The notes under the pieces are model-generated. The model ran no database searches. It was given only the letters and a program-made list of their open reading frames with translations, and had not been told where the DNA came from. From the NCBI GenBank assembly GCA_963706595.1, contig OY970166.1, forward strand, positions 4,832,001 to 4,896,000: 64,000 nucleotides of DNA. The letters run 5' to 3'. Positions 11,030-21,581 of this stretch are shown here, in pieces. The translations under genes were made by a program, and so were the position numbers. How positions within the stretch are numbered: position 1 is the first letter of the stretch; the number at the start of each line of letters is the position of its first letter. Source of the stretch: an uncultured cyanobacterium (GTDB lineage: Bacteria > Cyanobacteriota > Cyanobacteriia > Cyanobacteriales > Nostocaceae).

Positions 11030-11755
11030 TTATTTGGATACCTCACTTTTTTCTGGTTCTACTGCGGGTACTTCTTCCATGTCATTACGCACAGAGAATC
11101 CCCAAACTAGAATGATCGCGATCGCCGAAATTACGACCCATTCTGGTGGAACTAAGTTATCGTTGATGACTCTCATTAACAGGCGCAAACCGACAAACGC
11201 CACGGTGATATAACCGGCATCTTCGAGGTTTTTAAATTCGTCTAACCACCGGATAAACAACCCGGTCATAAATCGCAGGGTAATGATACCAATGGTTGCA
11301 CCAGTCAAAACTAGCCACTTTTCTTGAGAAACCGCGATCGCAGTGGTTACACTATCCAAGGAAAAGGCTAAATCTGTAAAGGCAATTACCGGGATGGCTT
11401 GTAACAATGAGTTAAACCGGGGACCGTGATGATGGTTGTCTTCGTCTTCTTTGGAGGTGAAGTGTTGAAACACCAACCACAGCAGATAAGCAGCACCTAA
11501 TAATTCAAATTGCCAGTATTTTTGTATCCAAGTGGCAGTGAGAATCAGGCTAATTCGCAGCACATAAGCAACGACTAAACCGAAGTTGAGGGCTTTGCGT
11601 TCGAGTTCCTTGTCTTCTAATCCTTGGGCGATCGCAGCGAGGGCGATCGCGTTATCAGCAGATAGCACAGCCTCTAATAGAACCAGGATTAGCAGCACTA
11701 TCGGGGCTTCAACGCTGAAATGAAAGTTAAGATAATCAAAAATTTGGTCTAGCAT
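11030..11755 (-). CDS. TerC family membrane protein
   Basis: LEAVLSADNA and DLAFSLDSV motifs. Confidence 0.92.
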   Translation of the reverse strand: MLDQIFDYLNFHFSVEAPIVLLILVLLEAVLSADNAIALAAIAQGLEDKELERKALNFGLVVAYVLRISLILTATWIQKYWQFELLGAAYLLWLVFQHFTSKEDEDNHHHGPRFNSLLQAIPVIAFTDLAFSLDSVTTAIAVSQEKWLVLTGATIGIITLRFMTGLFIRWLDEFKNLEDAGYITVAFVGLRLLMRVINDNLVPPEWVVISAIAIILVWGFSVRNDMEEVPAVEPEKSEVSK

Positions 11756-11943
11756 TCCGGGTTTCTCAAGCAGGAAAAATAAAAATTATCTGAAAAGTGC
11801 AACAAAATGCTACTCTTATCCAGCTTAACGTGTTGCTGCCTCATTCTCATGGGGAGGATATCCAGGCGATCGCTTTACGGTTAAGGATTTCTCAGTATTA
11901 TTCAATACACGAATAGTTTTAACATTTACTTTGCGGTGTAAAA

Positions 11944-11976
11944 AGATCCCCGACTTCTTGAAGAAGTCGGGGATCT
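11944..11976. repeat. 33-bp palindromic dispersed repeat (possible terminator)
   Basis: AGATCCCCGACTTCTTGAAGAAGTCGGGGATCT; identical copy at 46921-46953, degenerate copy near 1954-1987. Confidence 0.8.
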
Positions 11977-11997
11977 GAGCCTCGCGATGTTGCCAAA

Positions 11998-13542
11998 TCA
12001 AACATGATTACTATCAAAGTTTTCAGCTTTAGGGCTATCACTCAAATTAGCCCGAAAATCTGATAAATTCTTGTGAACAGTTACCGTCTTTGGATGCTCA
12101 ACTCCTAAGACCTGCTGACAAATCTCTAAAGCTTGAATAAAAAGGAGTTCGGCTTGATCGTAGAGTCCCTGGGAATTGTAGAGTAATGCCAAGTTGTTAA
12201 GGCTGGTGGCGACATCGGGATGATTGTCCCCCCGCAGACGTTTTAAAATTTCTAAACCTTGAAGATACAGTGTTTCGGCTTGGTCGTAGCGTCCCTGGGA
12301 ATCGTATAGTCCTGCTAGGTTGTTGAGGCTAGCGGCGACATGGGGGTGATTGTCTCCCAGCAGGCGTTTTGAAAGTTCTAAACCTTGGATAAACAGGAGT
12401 TCGGCTTGGTCGTAGCGTCCTTGGGAATAGTAAAGTTCTGCCAAGTTATTGAGGCTGGTGGCGACATGGGGGTGATTGTCTCCCAACAGGCGTTTTGAAA
12501 GTTCTAAGCCTTGGATAAACAGGGGTTCAGCTTGGTCGTAGCGTCCTTGGGAATAGTAAAGTTCTGCCAGGTTGTTGAGGCTAGCGGCGACTAAGAGATG
12601 ATTGTCTCCTCGTAGGCGTGTTAAAAGTTCTAACGCTTGGAGAAACAAGGGTTCGGCTTTGTCGTAGCGTCCTTGGGAAGTGTAGAGATTTGCCAGATAA
12701 TTAAGACTAGTAGCTAAGTCGATTTTTAAACCTAAATCTGTTTGCAAATTAATCGCTTGTAAATAATATTTAATTGCTAGATTTTGTTCTTGTTGATAAT
12801 TTTGTGCTTCTCCTTTATCCAGTCGTCTTTGATAAATGCTTCCTAACTGCGAATATAAACTAATGAGTAATTTTGGATCTTGGTGATTATCTTGCTGTTC
12901 TAGCTGCTCAACTAACCTTTCTAAATCGGCAATTGGTAATCCCGAATATTTGCTATCATTTAAATTTGATAATTCACCATTTTCTAATATATTTCTGATT
13001 GGTTCAAACTCTTGAATATTAACAACATTTTTTGGTCTGCTGATAAAATGAAATACACCATTGCGCCAACTCCAAAAATCCGGGGCTTTTTTAATTAAGT
13101 TAACTAAAACCTGATTCGTTACCCATAGCACAATTGCAAAGGGAAATTCTCGCAGTGCTTCCCTTGTCCATTGCAAATAACCAAAAAACTTTTCTTGTTC
13201 AGATTGTGACTCGCCTAGCCTCAAAAAATAAAGTTGCTCCACACCCGTAACCGTAATTACTGCGGGTTGATGTTGCTGTAAATATTCTTCGCTTTCAACT
13301 AATTGCTGAATTGCAGCTTTTAAACTGGGTTCATTTCGTGCTAACATCACATGATAGCAACGGATATCTGGTTGTAACTCCGTTTGATAACGAGAAATAA
13401 TTTCTTGACGATAATTTTCATAATCGCAAACTGCAATTAACAAATTTAACCGTCCCACACCAGCTTCAATGGATACAATTAAATCATCATAAGCATCTTG
13501 ATTTTGCTCATCCAGATTATTTGAGGCTAGATTTGTCATCAT
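11998..13542 (-). CDS. TPR protein (42-aa kinesin-light-chain-type repeats) with uncharacterised N-terminal domain
   Basis: Repeats SLNNLAELYYSQGRYDQAE..GDNHPHV; ATGA overlap with upstream ATPase. Confidence 0.85.
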   Translation of the reverse strand: MMTNLASNNLDEQNQDAYDDLIVSIEAGVGRLNLLIAVCDYENYRQEIISRYQTELQPDIRCYHVMLARNEPSLKAAIQQLVESEEYLQQHQPAVITVTGVEQLYFLRLGESQSEQEKFFGYLQWTREALREFPFAIVLWVTNQVLVNLIKKAPDFWSWRNGVFHFISRPKNVVNIQEFEPIRNILENGELSNLNDSKYSGLPIADLERLVEQLEQQDNHQDPKLLISLYSQLGSIYQRRLDKGEAQNYQQEQNLAIKYYLQAINLQTDLGLKIDLATSLNYLANLYTSQGRYDKAEPLFLQALELLTRLRGDNHLLVAASLNNLAELYYSQGRYDQAEPLFIQGLELSKRLLGDNHPHVATSLNNLAELYYSQGRYDQAELLFIQGLELSKRLLGDNHPHVAASLNNLAGLYDSQGRYDQAETLYLQGLEILKRLRGDNHPDVATSLNNLALLYNSQGLYDQAELLFIQALEICQQVLGVEHPKTVTVHKNLSDFRANLSDSPKAENFDSNHV

Positions 13543-14822
13543 ATCAAACCCTCATCGCGCAACAATTCCACCACTATCGGATGTACGTCATACCAATTTT
13601 TACTATTGCGATATTCCAGAACGTACAAACCATGTAATAAATCGAGAAATGCTTGTTCTTTGGGATCTTCGGGTTTAGACTTTTGATAAGTATCTTGCAA
13701 TATTTTATATTCTGCACTACCCAATGGTAAAGAAAAGTCATTGCGAATTTTATTAATGGCTTGGTCTAAAATATCTGCATTAATTATAACAGTTCCGTCT
13801 GGTTGGCGACGAATTAACCGCAAACAAATTCGGCAACATTCGTTAGCAATCCGAATTAATTCCCGCAGAACCCCACCACTATTTAAAGCGATATTTTTGG
13901 CTATTTCCGGTTCAATTAAATCTGGTTGAATGCGTTTTTGGAGAATTTTACAGAGAATATCAAATGTTTCTTGACGTGGTTGTGCATCTGGCTGGCGACT
14001 ATCACCTTTAGCAAATAACTTTAAAACAGGCATAACCACAACTTGATCATTCGTTTCATTTTCAATAATTGGCTTGAGTGCAGTTTCTCTCAGTGCCGCA
14101 ATCGGAATTGTGTAAATAATCCGAAATCCTGGTAAACACAGGGCTTTAATGTTATCTTTATAAATATGATTAACAACACTCAAGTCAAGTTTATCTAAAT
14201 CATCAATAATTACTAAGATATCTTTTTTATATGCTGCTTGAATCGATGCCGCAATAATATTTAGCTGGGCAACTAATTCAGATATTTTGCGTTCAAATTC
14301 CTGTTTTATTTCGTAGCGAATTGTCGAATCTACTTTTAATTTAGTGCTAAGAACTTTTAATATACTGTTGTTGTTAGTTGCTTCAGCTTGAATGCTATTT
14401 TCTTCAGTGCGGGTGCGGGTAGTAAACCAGTTTTCTAAAGCATCTTTTGTAGATTGAGGAATATTTACTTGACGTGCTTCTGCCTCTAGCATTAAATTAA
14501 GGCCAATAGCAAACAAAATATTGATGTGATTCACATCAGACATTTCGATAGTGTCAGCAATGGAGAAAAACACCACAAAATACCTATCGTGAATATTGCG
14601 GCTAAATTCTGCCAGCAAAGTTGACTTACCACAACCACGATGTCCCGTAAAAATAATTTTGCCATCACTGCTAGGGCTATCTTCCACTAACTGTTCTAAT
14701 TCATCAATAGTATTCCCGCCATAATCAACCCGGAAATCTCTCAAATCTTTTTCCTGGGACAAAGGAAGCAATTCTAAGTTGCGGTAGGCTTCTTGAAAGG
14801 ACTTTAATAAATCTTTAGACAT
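13539..14822 (-). CDS. P-loop ATPase (AAA/STAND-like)
   Basis: Walker A GHRGCGKS, Walker B IIDDLDK, SGGVLRELIR. Confidence 0.85.
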   Translation of the reverse strand: MSKDLLKSFQEAYRNLELLPLSQEKDLRDFRVDYGGNTIDELEQLVEDSPSSDGKIIFTGHRGCGKSTLLAEFSRNIHDRYFVVFFSIADTIEMSDVNHINILFAIGLNLMLEAEARQVNIPQSTKDALENWFTTRTRTEENSIQAEATNNNSILKVLSTKLKVDSTIRYEIKQEFERKISELVAQLNIIAASIQAAYKKDILVIIDDLDKLDLSVVNHIYKDNIKALCLPGFRIIYTIPIAALRETALKPIIENETNDQVVVMPVLKLFAKGDSRQPDAQPRQETFDILCKILQKRIQPDLIEPEIAKNIALNSGGVLRELIRIANECCRICLRLIRRQPDGTVIINADILDQAINKIRNDFSLPLGSAEYKILQDTYQKSKPEDPKEQAFLDLLHGLYVLEYRNSKNWYDVHPIVVELLRDEGLI

Positions 14823-15074
14823 TGATATACAGCTTCTAAAATGGCTATCTATTCATATCATGGCGGCAAATGTCCTTAAAATAGTAATTTAATAAATTTA
14901 TTGTAGAACTCATATATATTCCTATTCCTGCTCCCTCTCCTTACTAAAGATAAGGTGTATACACAAATGATAGAAATTAATCCAAATCTTTTTAGGTAGG
15001 GTGTGTTGTCGCGTAGCGCAACGCACCATCCTATATCTTCGGTGCGTTAGGACTAACGTCCAGAACACACCCTA

Positions 15075-15180
15075 CTGGTGTGGCAAGCTTAAAATGTTGC
15101 ATTAGATTTTTGAGAAAATTGAGATAAATCAATGTTTTCTGCTTTTTACGTAATGCACTATTTTAAGCTTGCCACTCCAC
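15075..15180. mobile_element. MITE with ~30-bp TIRs, TA-flanked
   Basis: ctggtgtggcaagcttaaaatgttgcatta ... taatgcactattttaagcttgccactccac. Confidence 0.75.
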
Positions 15181-15234
15181 TACATTACTATCTATAAATA
15201 ACCTGTGCCTACCTACTGAATTAGCGGTGAGAGG

Positions 15235-15440
15235 TTGACATACCTCCTCTTCCTGAAGGAGAGAGGATTCCTTAACGCTTCATTGGGTTGTGCTATCGAA
15301 ATAGTCTTACCATCCCTCGACGTTCGTTTAAAGTCTCCCAATGCCCTGTGGCGACTATATTCAAATTTTACCAGAAAGCCGTCCTAAAAGGCTTGTACTG
15401 AGCTTGCCGAAGTGACGGGGCTTGTATCCTATTATTCTCG
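15235..15440 (-). mobile_element. Non-autonomous IS200/IS605-family derivative (left-end hairpin + omega-RNA-like right end, no ORFs)
   Basis: Minus strand: TTGAC motif (15445-15441), left end CAAGCCCCGTC..CCTTTTAGGACGGCTTT, right end GAAGCGTTAAGGAATCCTCTCTCCTTCAGGAAGAGGAGGTATGTCAA. Confidence 0.7.
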
Positions 15441-15441
15441 G

Positions 15442-16005
15442 TCAATTCCTAGAGCAAGTTGAACCTGGAACATTTGCAGTTCTGAATTTATTACATTCTT
15501 TGGTAGTTGCACGCTCTAAAGACCAGTCATAGGGCTTATCAGAAGTGACAAGACCATTAGCCAGAGTTGTGAGTCGGAAGTGCGCCCCCCGAAAATTTGT
15601 CAACTGTAAATTGGCACCCTTCAAGTTAGCTGCTTCTAAATTGGCACTGATCAAACCAGCAAAAGACAAGTTAGCATTGGTCAATGATGCTGATTTTAAA
15701 TTTGTGCCTGTCAAAGAAGCCCCTGTTAAGTTGGCAGAATCTAGAACCGCAGCTTCTAAATTTGCGGATGTTAGGTCGGCACTGGTAAGATTCACTTGAG
15801 ATAAATTGGCACCCTTCAAGTTCGCACCTCGCAAATTTGCTCTCACCAGACTCATTTGAGTTAAATCAGCGCCACTCAAATCGCATCTAGGACAAGAGCC
15901 TGCTGTCTTCAACTGTTCCAAGTCTTGCTGGTTAACTGCAAAGGCTTGCTCTGTCAAACCCATACAAACTAACAGGGCGACACTAGCTACAATCTTGAGC
16001 TTCAT
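15442..16005 (-). CDS. Exported pentapeptide-repeat protein
   Basis: Signal-peptide-like N-terminus, CPRCDL, A(D/N)LxG pentapeptides. Confidence 0.9.
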   Translation of the reverse strand: MKLKIVASVALLVCMGLTEQAFAVNQQDLEQLKTAGSCPRCDLSGADLTQMSLVRANLRGANLKGANLSQVNLTSADLTSANLEAAVLDSANLTGASLTGTNLKSASLTNANLSFAGLISANLEAANLKGANLQLTNFRGAHFRLTTLANGLVTSDKPYDWSLERATTKECNKFRTANVPGSTCSRN

Positions 16006-16370
16006 AGTTTTACGGTGATTAACAAGGATGAAAAGTTATGCAATACTTAATACCACACTTAAACATATCCGAATTTTTCAGTAAATAACAAACATAAAGT
16101 GGTGGTGAAGAAACTATAAAAATCTGATAAATTCTAGTTATGGGACTACACAAAATTAGATTTAGGGTTTACAATAATTTTCGTAAGCAACTATACTGAA
16201 CCATTTATAGACTACCACATATGTGATCCCCCTAGCTTTTGTACCTTGAGCTAGGGGGATCTTGTTTTGGGCATGGGGAGCAGGGTGCAGGGGAGCAGGG
16301 TGCAGGGAGCAGGGTGCAGGGTGAGTTGCAAATTAGTTTATCGGCTGCGTAACAACCTTTCCTTCCCAAA

Positions 16371-18131
16371 TCAACGCCAGCCTAAAAAGCGCAACCCAGG
16401 AACAATCAGGTAATAACTCACCCCTAACCAAAAACTCATCAAGAGACTCACCAAAGTGAAAAAAGCGATGGGTAAGGATAATGCCGACCAGAGGGGCTGT
16501 TCAGAAAATTGAAAAACAGTAGTTGGAAAGCCAAAAATAATTAACATTGCGAAGATAATTGCTGTCCCAAATGCGGCAACGACAGCATGAACTATGTGAT
16601 GGCTGCGAAAACCTATACTCAACGTGAACAGAAAAACTGCCACTAAAATTACTCCCAATAGTCCTTCGCCGCTATCTTTGGTGGTGATTAATTGCAAAAC
16701 TAACCAGCTCAACCCATAGCTGATCATACCCATGAGGGATGCTACTAAAAACCGTCGTCGTTGACCAAAACACCCCGATATTGTCAGTCCCCATGCAGTT
16801 CCTAAGCCCGCGCCGATGAATACTATAATTTCTGTTGCCATCACAGCTTGGCTATTACTCACTAATTCGGGTAGTTGACTAAAAATATATTCGGAGACTT
16901 GCTTTCCTAAAAAAGTTCGATAAGCTACGACAAACCCGATAATTGTACCTATACTAGCGCCCAAACCAGTTAGTAGCATTGCCCAAATTGTAGCTAAACA
17001 AGCTTGTAAGACTTGTAAAATTGCCTGAGCTATAAAAAGAACTGTTTTACCGATAGCTTTGGTGAGATTACCTAATGCTTGCTTAAGGGTTTGGATTAGG
17101 AGTGTAAATTTAGTGGAAATCTGTGTTGCTGTTTGCTGAACAGAGTCTTTGATTTGAGAAAATAACCCAGTCTGGGAAGTTGTGCCGATAATCTTAGTCA
17201 AGCGTTTCTGAATAATTTCTGCATTTACCGGACGCGATCGCACATCTTCGAGTATCATCTCATCTAGTAAATCTGCTAGTTTCGGGTTAACATTGACCCG
17301 ATTTCGCCAATGCAGAATCCCAGTTTGGGGGTCTTCCAACTCCGGCGGATATTTACCCGTAAGTAATTCAATCATTGTCCGACCGAGGGCATAAAAATCG
17401 GTCGCCGGGACTACATTACTACCTGTCATCTGTTCGGGGGGACTGTAACCAGAAGAATATAACTTAGTTGAACTAGACTCTCGACGCAGTTTAGCGGTGT
17501 TAAATTGTTTGACTCCACCAAAATCAATCAATACCAGTTCTTCTTTGTTTTCTCCTGGAGTCAGGGCTACAGGTGAGGAGGTTCGCAACATCAGATTAGA
17601 AGGTTTGATGTCTCGGTGAATAATCTGGCGTTTATGCAATTCCTGTAAAATTTTGACAGCCTGAGAAAACCAATTTAACACCAAATCCTCTGGACATCCT
17701 TGAGGATAATTTTGGACTCTGTGTTCTAGAGTCTGCCCATTAATTTTCTCCATCACCAGACAGGCTAGTAGATGTGGTTTAGGATTATTAGGTAAATTTA
17801 CCTGAAAATAACCATCAGATTCTACCCTGGGAACACCCGGATGGCGTAACTTAATTAAAACCTCTGCCTCTTGTGTAAATAATTCCAGTGCTTTTGGTGA
17901 ATTTTCCACCAAAACTTTGAGGACTTTCTCCTCTTGAGTTTTTTCATCCCAAACTGTGTAAATTTGGGCAAATCCTCCCGAACCCAAGGGTTGGAGAGGG
18001 ACATAACGATCTAGCAGCTGTAGCAGTGCGCCACAGCTGTTACAAAATTTGTTTCCCCAAGGTTGAGGATAAGGACGTTGACAATTAGGATTTATGCAGT
18101 GAACCGCACTCTTAGTGATGTGTGGACACAT
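16371..18131 (-). CDS. Ser/Thr protein kinase with 4-Cys N-terminal prefix and multi-TM C-terminus
   Basis: CINPNC..CNSCG; LGSGGFA, HRDIKPSN, IDFG; hydrophobic helices at C-terminus. Confidence 0.92.
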   Translation of the reverse strand: MCPHITKSAVHCINPNCQRPYPQPWGNKFCNSCGALLQLLDRYVPLQPLGSGGFAQIYTVWDEKTQEEKVLKVLVENSPKALELFTQEAEVLIKLRHPGVPRVESDGYFQVNLPNNPKPHLLACLVMEKINGQTLEHRVQNYPQGCPEDLVLNWFSQAVKILQELHKRQIIHRDIKPSNLMLRTSSPVALTPGENKEELVLIDFGGVKQFNTAKLRRESSSTKLYSSGYSPPEQMTGSNVVPATDFYALGRTMIELLTGKYPPELEDPQTGILHWRNRVNVNPKLADLLDEMILEDVRSRPVNAEIIQKRLTKIIGTTSQTGLFSQIKDSVQQTATQISTKFTLLIQTLKQALGNLTKAIGKTVLFIAQAILQVLQACLATIWAMLLTGLGASIGTIIGFVVAYRTFLGKQVSEYIFSQLPELVSNSQAVMATEIIVFIGAGLGTAWGLTISGCFGQRRRFLVASLMGMISYGLSWLVLQLITTKDSGEGLLGVILVAVFLFTLSIGFRSHHIVHAVVAAFGTAIIFAMLIIFGFPTTVFQFSEQPLWSALSLPIAFFTLVSLLMSFWLGVSYYLIVPGLRFLGWR

Positions 18132-18352
18132 TCCCTACAATACAAAGGCTGAACTGATTTTAACCTTTACCCTTGCCTTTGCGGCTTGAGATGGAAATTT
18201 TCCGCTAAATTCTAAAGTTTTGCTTTAGTTGTGAGATTACCGAAAGTCAGGTTAAAGTCTATAACTGGCAGTGATCACAGATGCGATCGCCTGTCTAAGA
18301 TGCAAGCTATTATAAATTGGAAAAATATGCAGCATACAGCCTGAGATTTAAA

Positions 18353-19378
18353 ATGAAAATAGCAGTTTTCAGTACCAAGGCCTATGATCGACAGTTTTTA
18401 GAGGCTGCAAATTCTCCCGCCCAACATGAGTTGGTTTTTTTTGAACCCCGCTTAAGTCGGAGTACCGCCATCTTAGCTGCTGGGTTTCCGGCTGTTTGCG
18501 TATTTGTGCATGATTTGGTTGATGCGCCCACTTTAAAAATTCTCGCTTCTGGGGGAACTCGCCTAATTGTTCTCCGGTGTGCCGGATTTAATAATGTCGA
18601 TTTACAAGCCGCAGGCGATTTGGGGATCAAAGTTGTGCGTGTTCCTGCTTATTCACCCTATGGAGTAGCAGAACACGCTGTAGGATTAATTTTAAGCCTC
18701 AATCGCAAAATTCCTCGTGCTTATAACCGCGTCCGGGAAGGTAATTTTTCGCTCACAGGACTGTTGGGATTTAACTTGAATGGTCGCACAGTCGGGATTA
18801 TTGGTACGGGTAAAATCGGTCTGATTTTGGGACAGATTATGAAGGGTTTTGGCTGCAATATACTTGCTTATGATGTATATCGCAACGCCGAATTAGAGAA
18901 ACTGGGCGGAAAGTATGTAGAGTTGCCTGAGTTATTTGCTAACTCTGATATTATTTCTTTACATTGTCCCCTGATGCCTGAAACTCATCATTTAATCAAT
19001 GCTGAGTCTATAGCCCAAATGAAGCAGAGAGTGATGTTAATTAACACCAGTCGAGGAGCGTTGATTGATACTCAAGCTGTGATTGAAGGTTTGAAGTCAG
19101 GCAAAATAGGCTTTTTGGGCGTGGATGTCTACGAACAAGAATCAGATTTATTCTTTGAGGATTTGTCTGCTGAAATTATCCAGGATGATGTTTTTCAACG
19201 CTTGACAACATTTCCCAACGTATTGATCACTGGGCATCAAGCCTTTTTTACAGAAGAAGCTCTCTATAATATTGCTGAAACAACTTTTGCTAATATTGCC
19301 GATATTGAACAGGGTCGTGCTTGTCCCAATGAGTTGATTTATCAACCAGAAGTTGCTGCTAAGGCGCTAGTTAGTTAA
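18353..19378 (+). CDS. ldhA: D-lactate dehydrogenase (D-2-hydroxyacid dehydrogenase)
   Basis: MKIAVFSTKAYD, RCAGFNNVD, GTGKIG, TGHQAFFT; ATG at 18353. Confidence 0.88.
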   Translation: MKIAVFSTKAYDRQFLEAANSPAQHELVFFEPRLSRSTAILAAGFPAVCVFVHDLVDAPTLKILASGGTRLIVLRCAGFNNVDLQAAGDLGIKVVRVPAYSPYGVAEHAVGLILSLNRKIPRAYNRVREGNFSLTGLLGFNLNGRTVGIIGTGKIGLILGQIMKGFGCNILAYDVYRNAELEKLGGKYVELPELFANSDIISLHCPLMPETHHLINAESIAQMKQRVMLINTSRGALIDTQAVIEGLKSGKIGFLGVDVYEQESDLFFEDLSAEIIQDDVFQRLTTFPNVLITGHQAFFTEEALYNIAETTFANIADIEQGRACPNELIYQPEVAAKALVS

Positions 19379-19605
19379 CTTCAAGCTTGATCTAGCAGAA
19401 CGAGTTAACACCAAATCTACAATAAAAGCCGCTCTCCCAAAAGTAGGGCGCTTTTTAGTATGAAAAACTTTTTCAATCTACAGTAGGAGTGCAACTTTTT
19501 ATTCAGCGCATAATATTAATACCATCAACATTTCATCCTGATCAAAAGGCAACCGTAGGACTTGGTGACAAAGTTCTTAAACGGTATTTAAGGGAAGAAA
19601 ATTAT

Positions 19606-20043
19606 ATGGCTAAAAATGATTACGAAGATAAATATACTGACCCTGACCTACGTAGTCAACTCAAGGAAGAAATTAAACACTCCGATAAAGGGGGTAAGCC
19701 TGGTCAGTGGTCTGCACGCAAAAGTCAGCTGCTGGTAAGGGAATATGAAAAACATGGTGGCGGCTACAAGCAGGCTGAAAAAGACGAAGCGGCGGAATCA
19801 CTAGAACAATGGTCTGACCAAGACTGGCAAACTGAAGCAGAAGAAGATCGCGCTCGTGAAGGCGAAGTCACTAAGCGCTATTTGCCGAAAGCAGTTTGGG
19901 ATCGACTTAGTGACGAGGAGAAACGAGAAGCTGAACAAACCAAGGAAGAAGCTTCGAGAGAAGGTCAGCAGCACGTCGAATGGACTCCCGCAATTAAAAG
20001 GGCTATGGACGAGGTTGAGGAAGCGTCAAAACATCAGCATTAG
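19606..20043 (+). CDS. Hydrophilic conserved hypothetical protein (DUF5872-like)
   Basis: YTDPDLR..GGKPGQWSARKSQLL..YEKHGGGY..RYLPKAVW; ATG at 19606 preferred. Confidence 0.7.
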   Translation: MAKNDYEDKYTDPDLRSQLKEEIKHSDKGGKPGQWSARKSQLLVREYEKHGGGYKQAEKDEAAESLEQWSDQDWQTEAEEDRAREGEVTKRYLPKAVWDRLSDEEKREAEQTKEEASREGQQHVEWTPAIKRAMDEVEEASKHQH

Positions 20044-20047
20044 TTGA

Positions 20048-20305
20048 TTAGTCATGATCCGGCAACTGTTCCATCTCTTCGGCAATTAGGGTCTGAAAAT
20101 CCTCATCACAGTGAGTATGCAGATGAACGGCAGTCGCTAGCAGTTCCCCTAGTATTTCAGCTCGTTGATTAGGAGTTAAATGATGTAACTGTAGTTGATT
20201 AATTAAAGTTTGGACTCTACTACATTCTTTACCTAGTTCCGCAATGAAATTACTCAGAGTCGAATTCGTAACTGCAAGAGAGCGATCGCTAATCTGCATA
20301 TTCAT
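20048..20305 (-). CDS. Small acidic helical hypothetical protein
   Basis: 85-aa ORF, ATGA-coupled to upstream gene. Confidence 0.65.
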   Translation of the reverse strand: MNMQISDRSLAVTNSTLSNFIAELGKECSRVQTLINQLQLHHLTPNQRAEILGELLATAVHLHTHCDEDFQTLIAEEMEQLPDHD

Positions 20306-20487
20306 TGTCCCAATCGTTTACGCGCTTGTTGTCTTGCCTTGTTAAAAGCACGAATTTCTTTTTCCCAATGCTTAATTAAATTGTAGTCAGAAAAATCTTT
20401 ATCTGATTCCAGTCTAATCTTTTCTTGGTGTTCAGTAATTCTCTGAGTTAAGGAATCAATAGCTTTTTTATGATGTTTTTTACCCAC
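20302..20487 (-). CDS. Small basic hypothetical protein (61 aa, GTG start)
   Basis: MGKKHHKKAIDSLTQRITEHQEKI...HWEKEIRAF; TAGTG overlap with M50 stop. Confidence 0.65.
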   Translation of the reverse strand: MGKKHHKKAIDSLTQRITEHQEKIRLESDKDFSDYNLIKHWEKEIRAFNKARQQARKRLGQ

Positions 20488-21230
20488 TAATCGGCACGAT
20501 AGGCGATGCGGAGACTTTGGACTAAAATTACCAGAGATGCGATCGCCATCAATCCGCCCCAAAACCAGTAAGGTAAAAGTAAATACTTTTGCATTTGCCC
20601 AGTATCAGACAGTCCTAAAGGTCCAGCATTGTAACTAAATAAATAATTCAGTTGGTGGTAGGTACTCACACAGGCTTGTACACCTAGAAATTGAATGGCA
20701 AACTCCTGCATCCACCGGGGAGCTTTGAGGGAAGCACCCAAAATAATTATCCCTAGTATGGGAACTGCTAACAATCCAAACCAGGAACGTACCCAAAGTA
20801 AAGTTGAAAGTAATAAAACACCACCCAGTATTTTTAAACTCAGGGAAGTTACGGAAAAACGACGGGAAGCCAGAATTAAACCCGCACCAGCCAGAGGTGG
20901 CCCCATTGGACCGGCGGCGGCGACTAAAGCTGGGCCAATTGGCCATAGCGCTTGCGAAATGCTATAGCTAGCAACGCCAGAACCATTACTAAAAATTTGT
21001 AATTGATGAAACCTTCCCCCTAATAGCACAGCCATCAAGCCGTGACCCATTTCATGGAACCAAGTGGCCAGGATGCTAAAAGGGTATAAAATATAATCTC
21101 CGCCGGGAATTTGCCACAACACAATAGTGGCGATCGCTGCTGTAATTAACCAAGTTAGCCCCATACGTTCAACGGCTGGCGGAGCTTCATTAGTCAGCCG
21201 TGGTTGAAAATCTTTTCCTGGTTCCCTCAT
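20487..21230 (-). CDS. M50B-like membrane metallopeptidase
   Basis: HEMGH zinc motif in hydrophobic context; SD(T)G-like distal motif. Confidence 0.85.
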   Translation of the reverse strand: MREPGKDFQPRLTNEAPPAVERMGLTWLITAAIATIVLWQIPGGDYILYPFSILATWFHEMGHGLMAVLLGGRFHQLQIFSNGSGVASYSISQALWPIGPALVAAAGPMGPPLAGAGLILASRRFSVTSLSLKILGGVLLLSTLLWVRSWFGLLAVPILGIIILGASLKAPRWMQEFAIQFLGVQACVSTYHQLNYLFSYNAGPLGLSDTGQMQKYLLLPYWFWGGLMAIASLVILVQSLRIAYRAD

Positions 21231-21581
21231 AGGTTACATTCCTGAACGTAATTACTCCAAATACTGGAGTGTACTTTCATCTATCCTAGTGTACTTCAGG
21301 AAGTAGTACCATTACTAGCTAATACAGCCGTTTGCACCCTGATAGCAAGGCGGTTAAATAAAGCGCTACAAAGAATGATCTAGTTATCCCTCGCCGGTCT
21401 GATGTGGATCATTTGTTCATCCTCCAAAATAGATGATAGAGGCTGCTGGAGGATGGTTGAAGAAGCACCAGGTGCAGGGTGCAGGGGGCAGGGGGATTGG
21501 AACTCCCCTACCAAAGGGGTTCTGAGCAACTAAATTTATTTCTGCTCAAAGGAACAATATTTATGTCGCTCACCCGATCAA

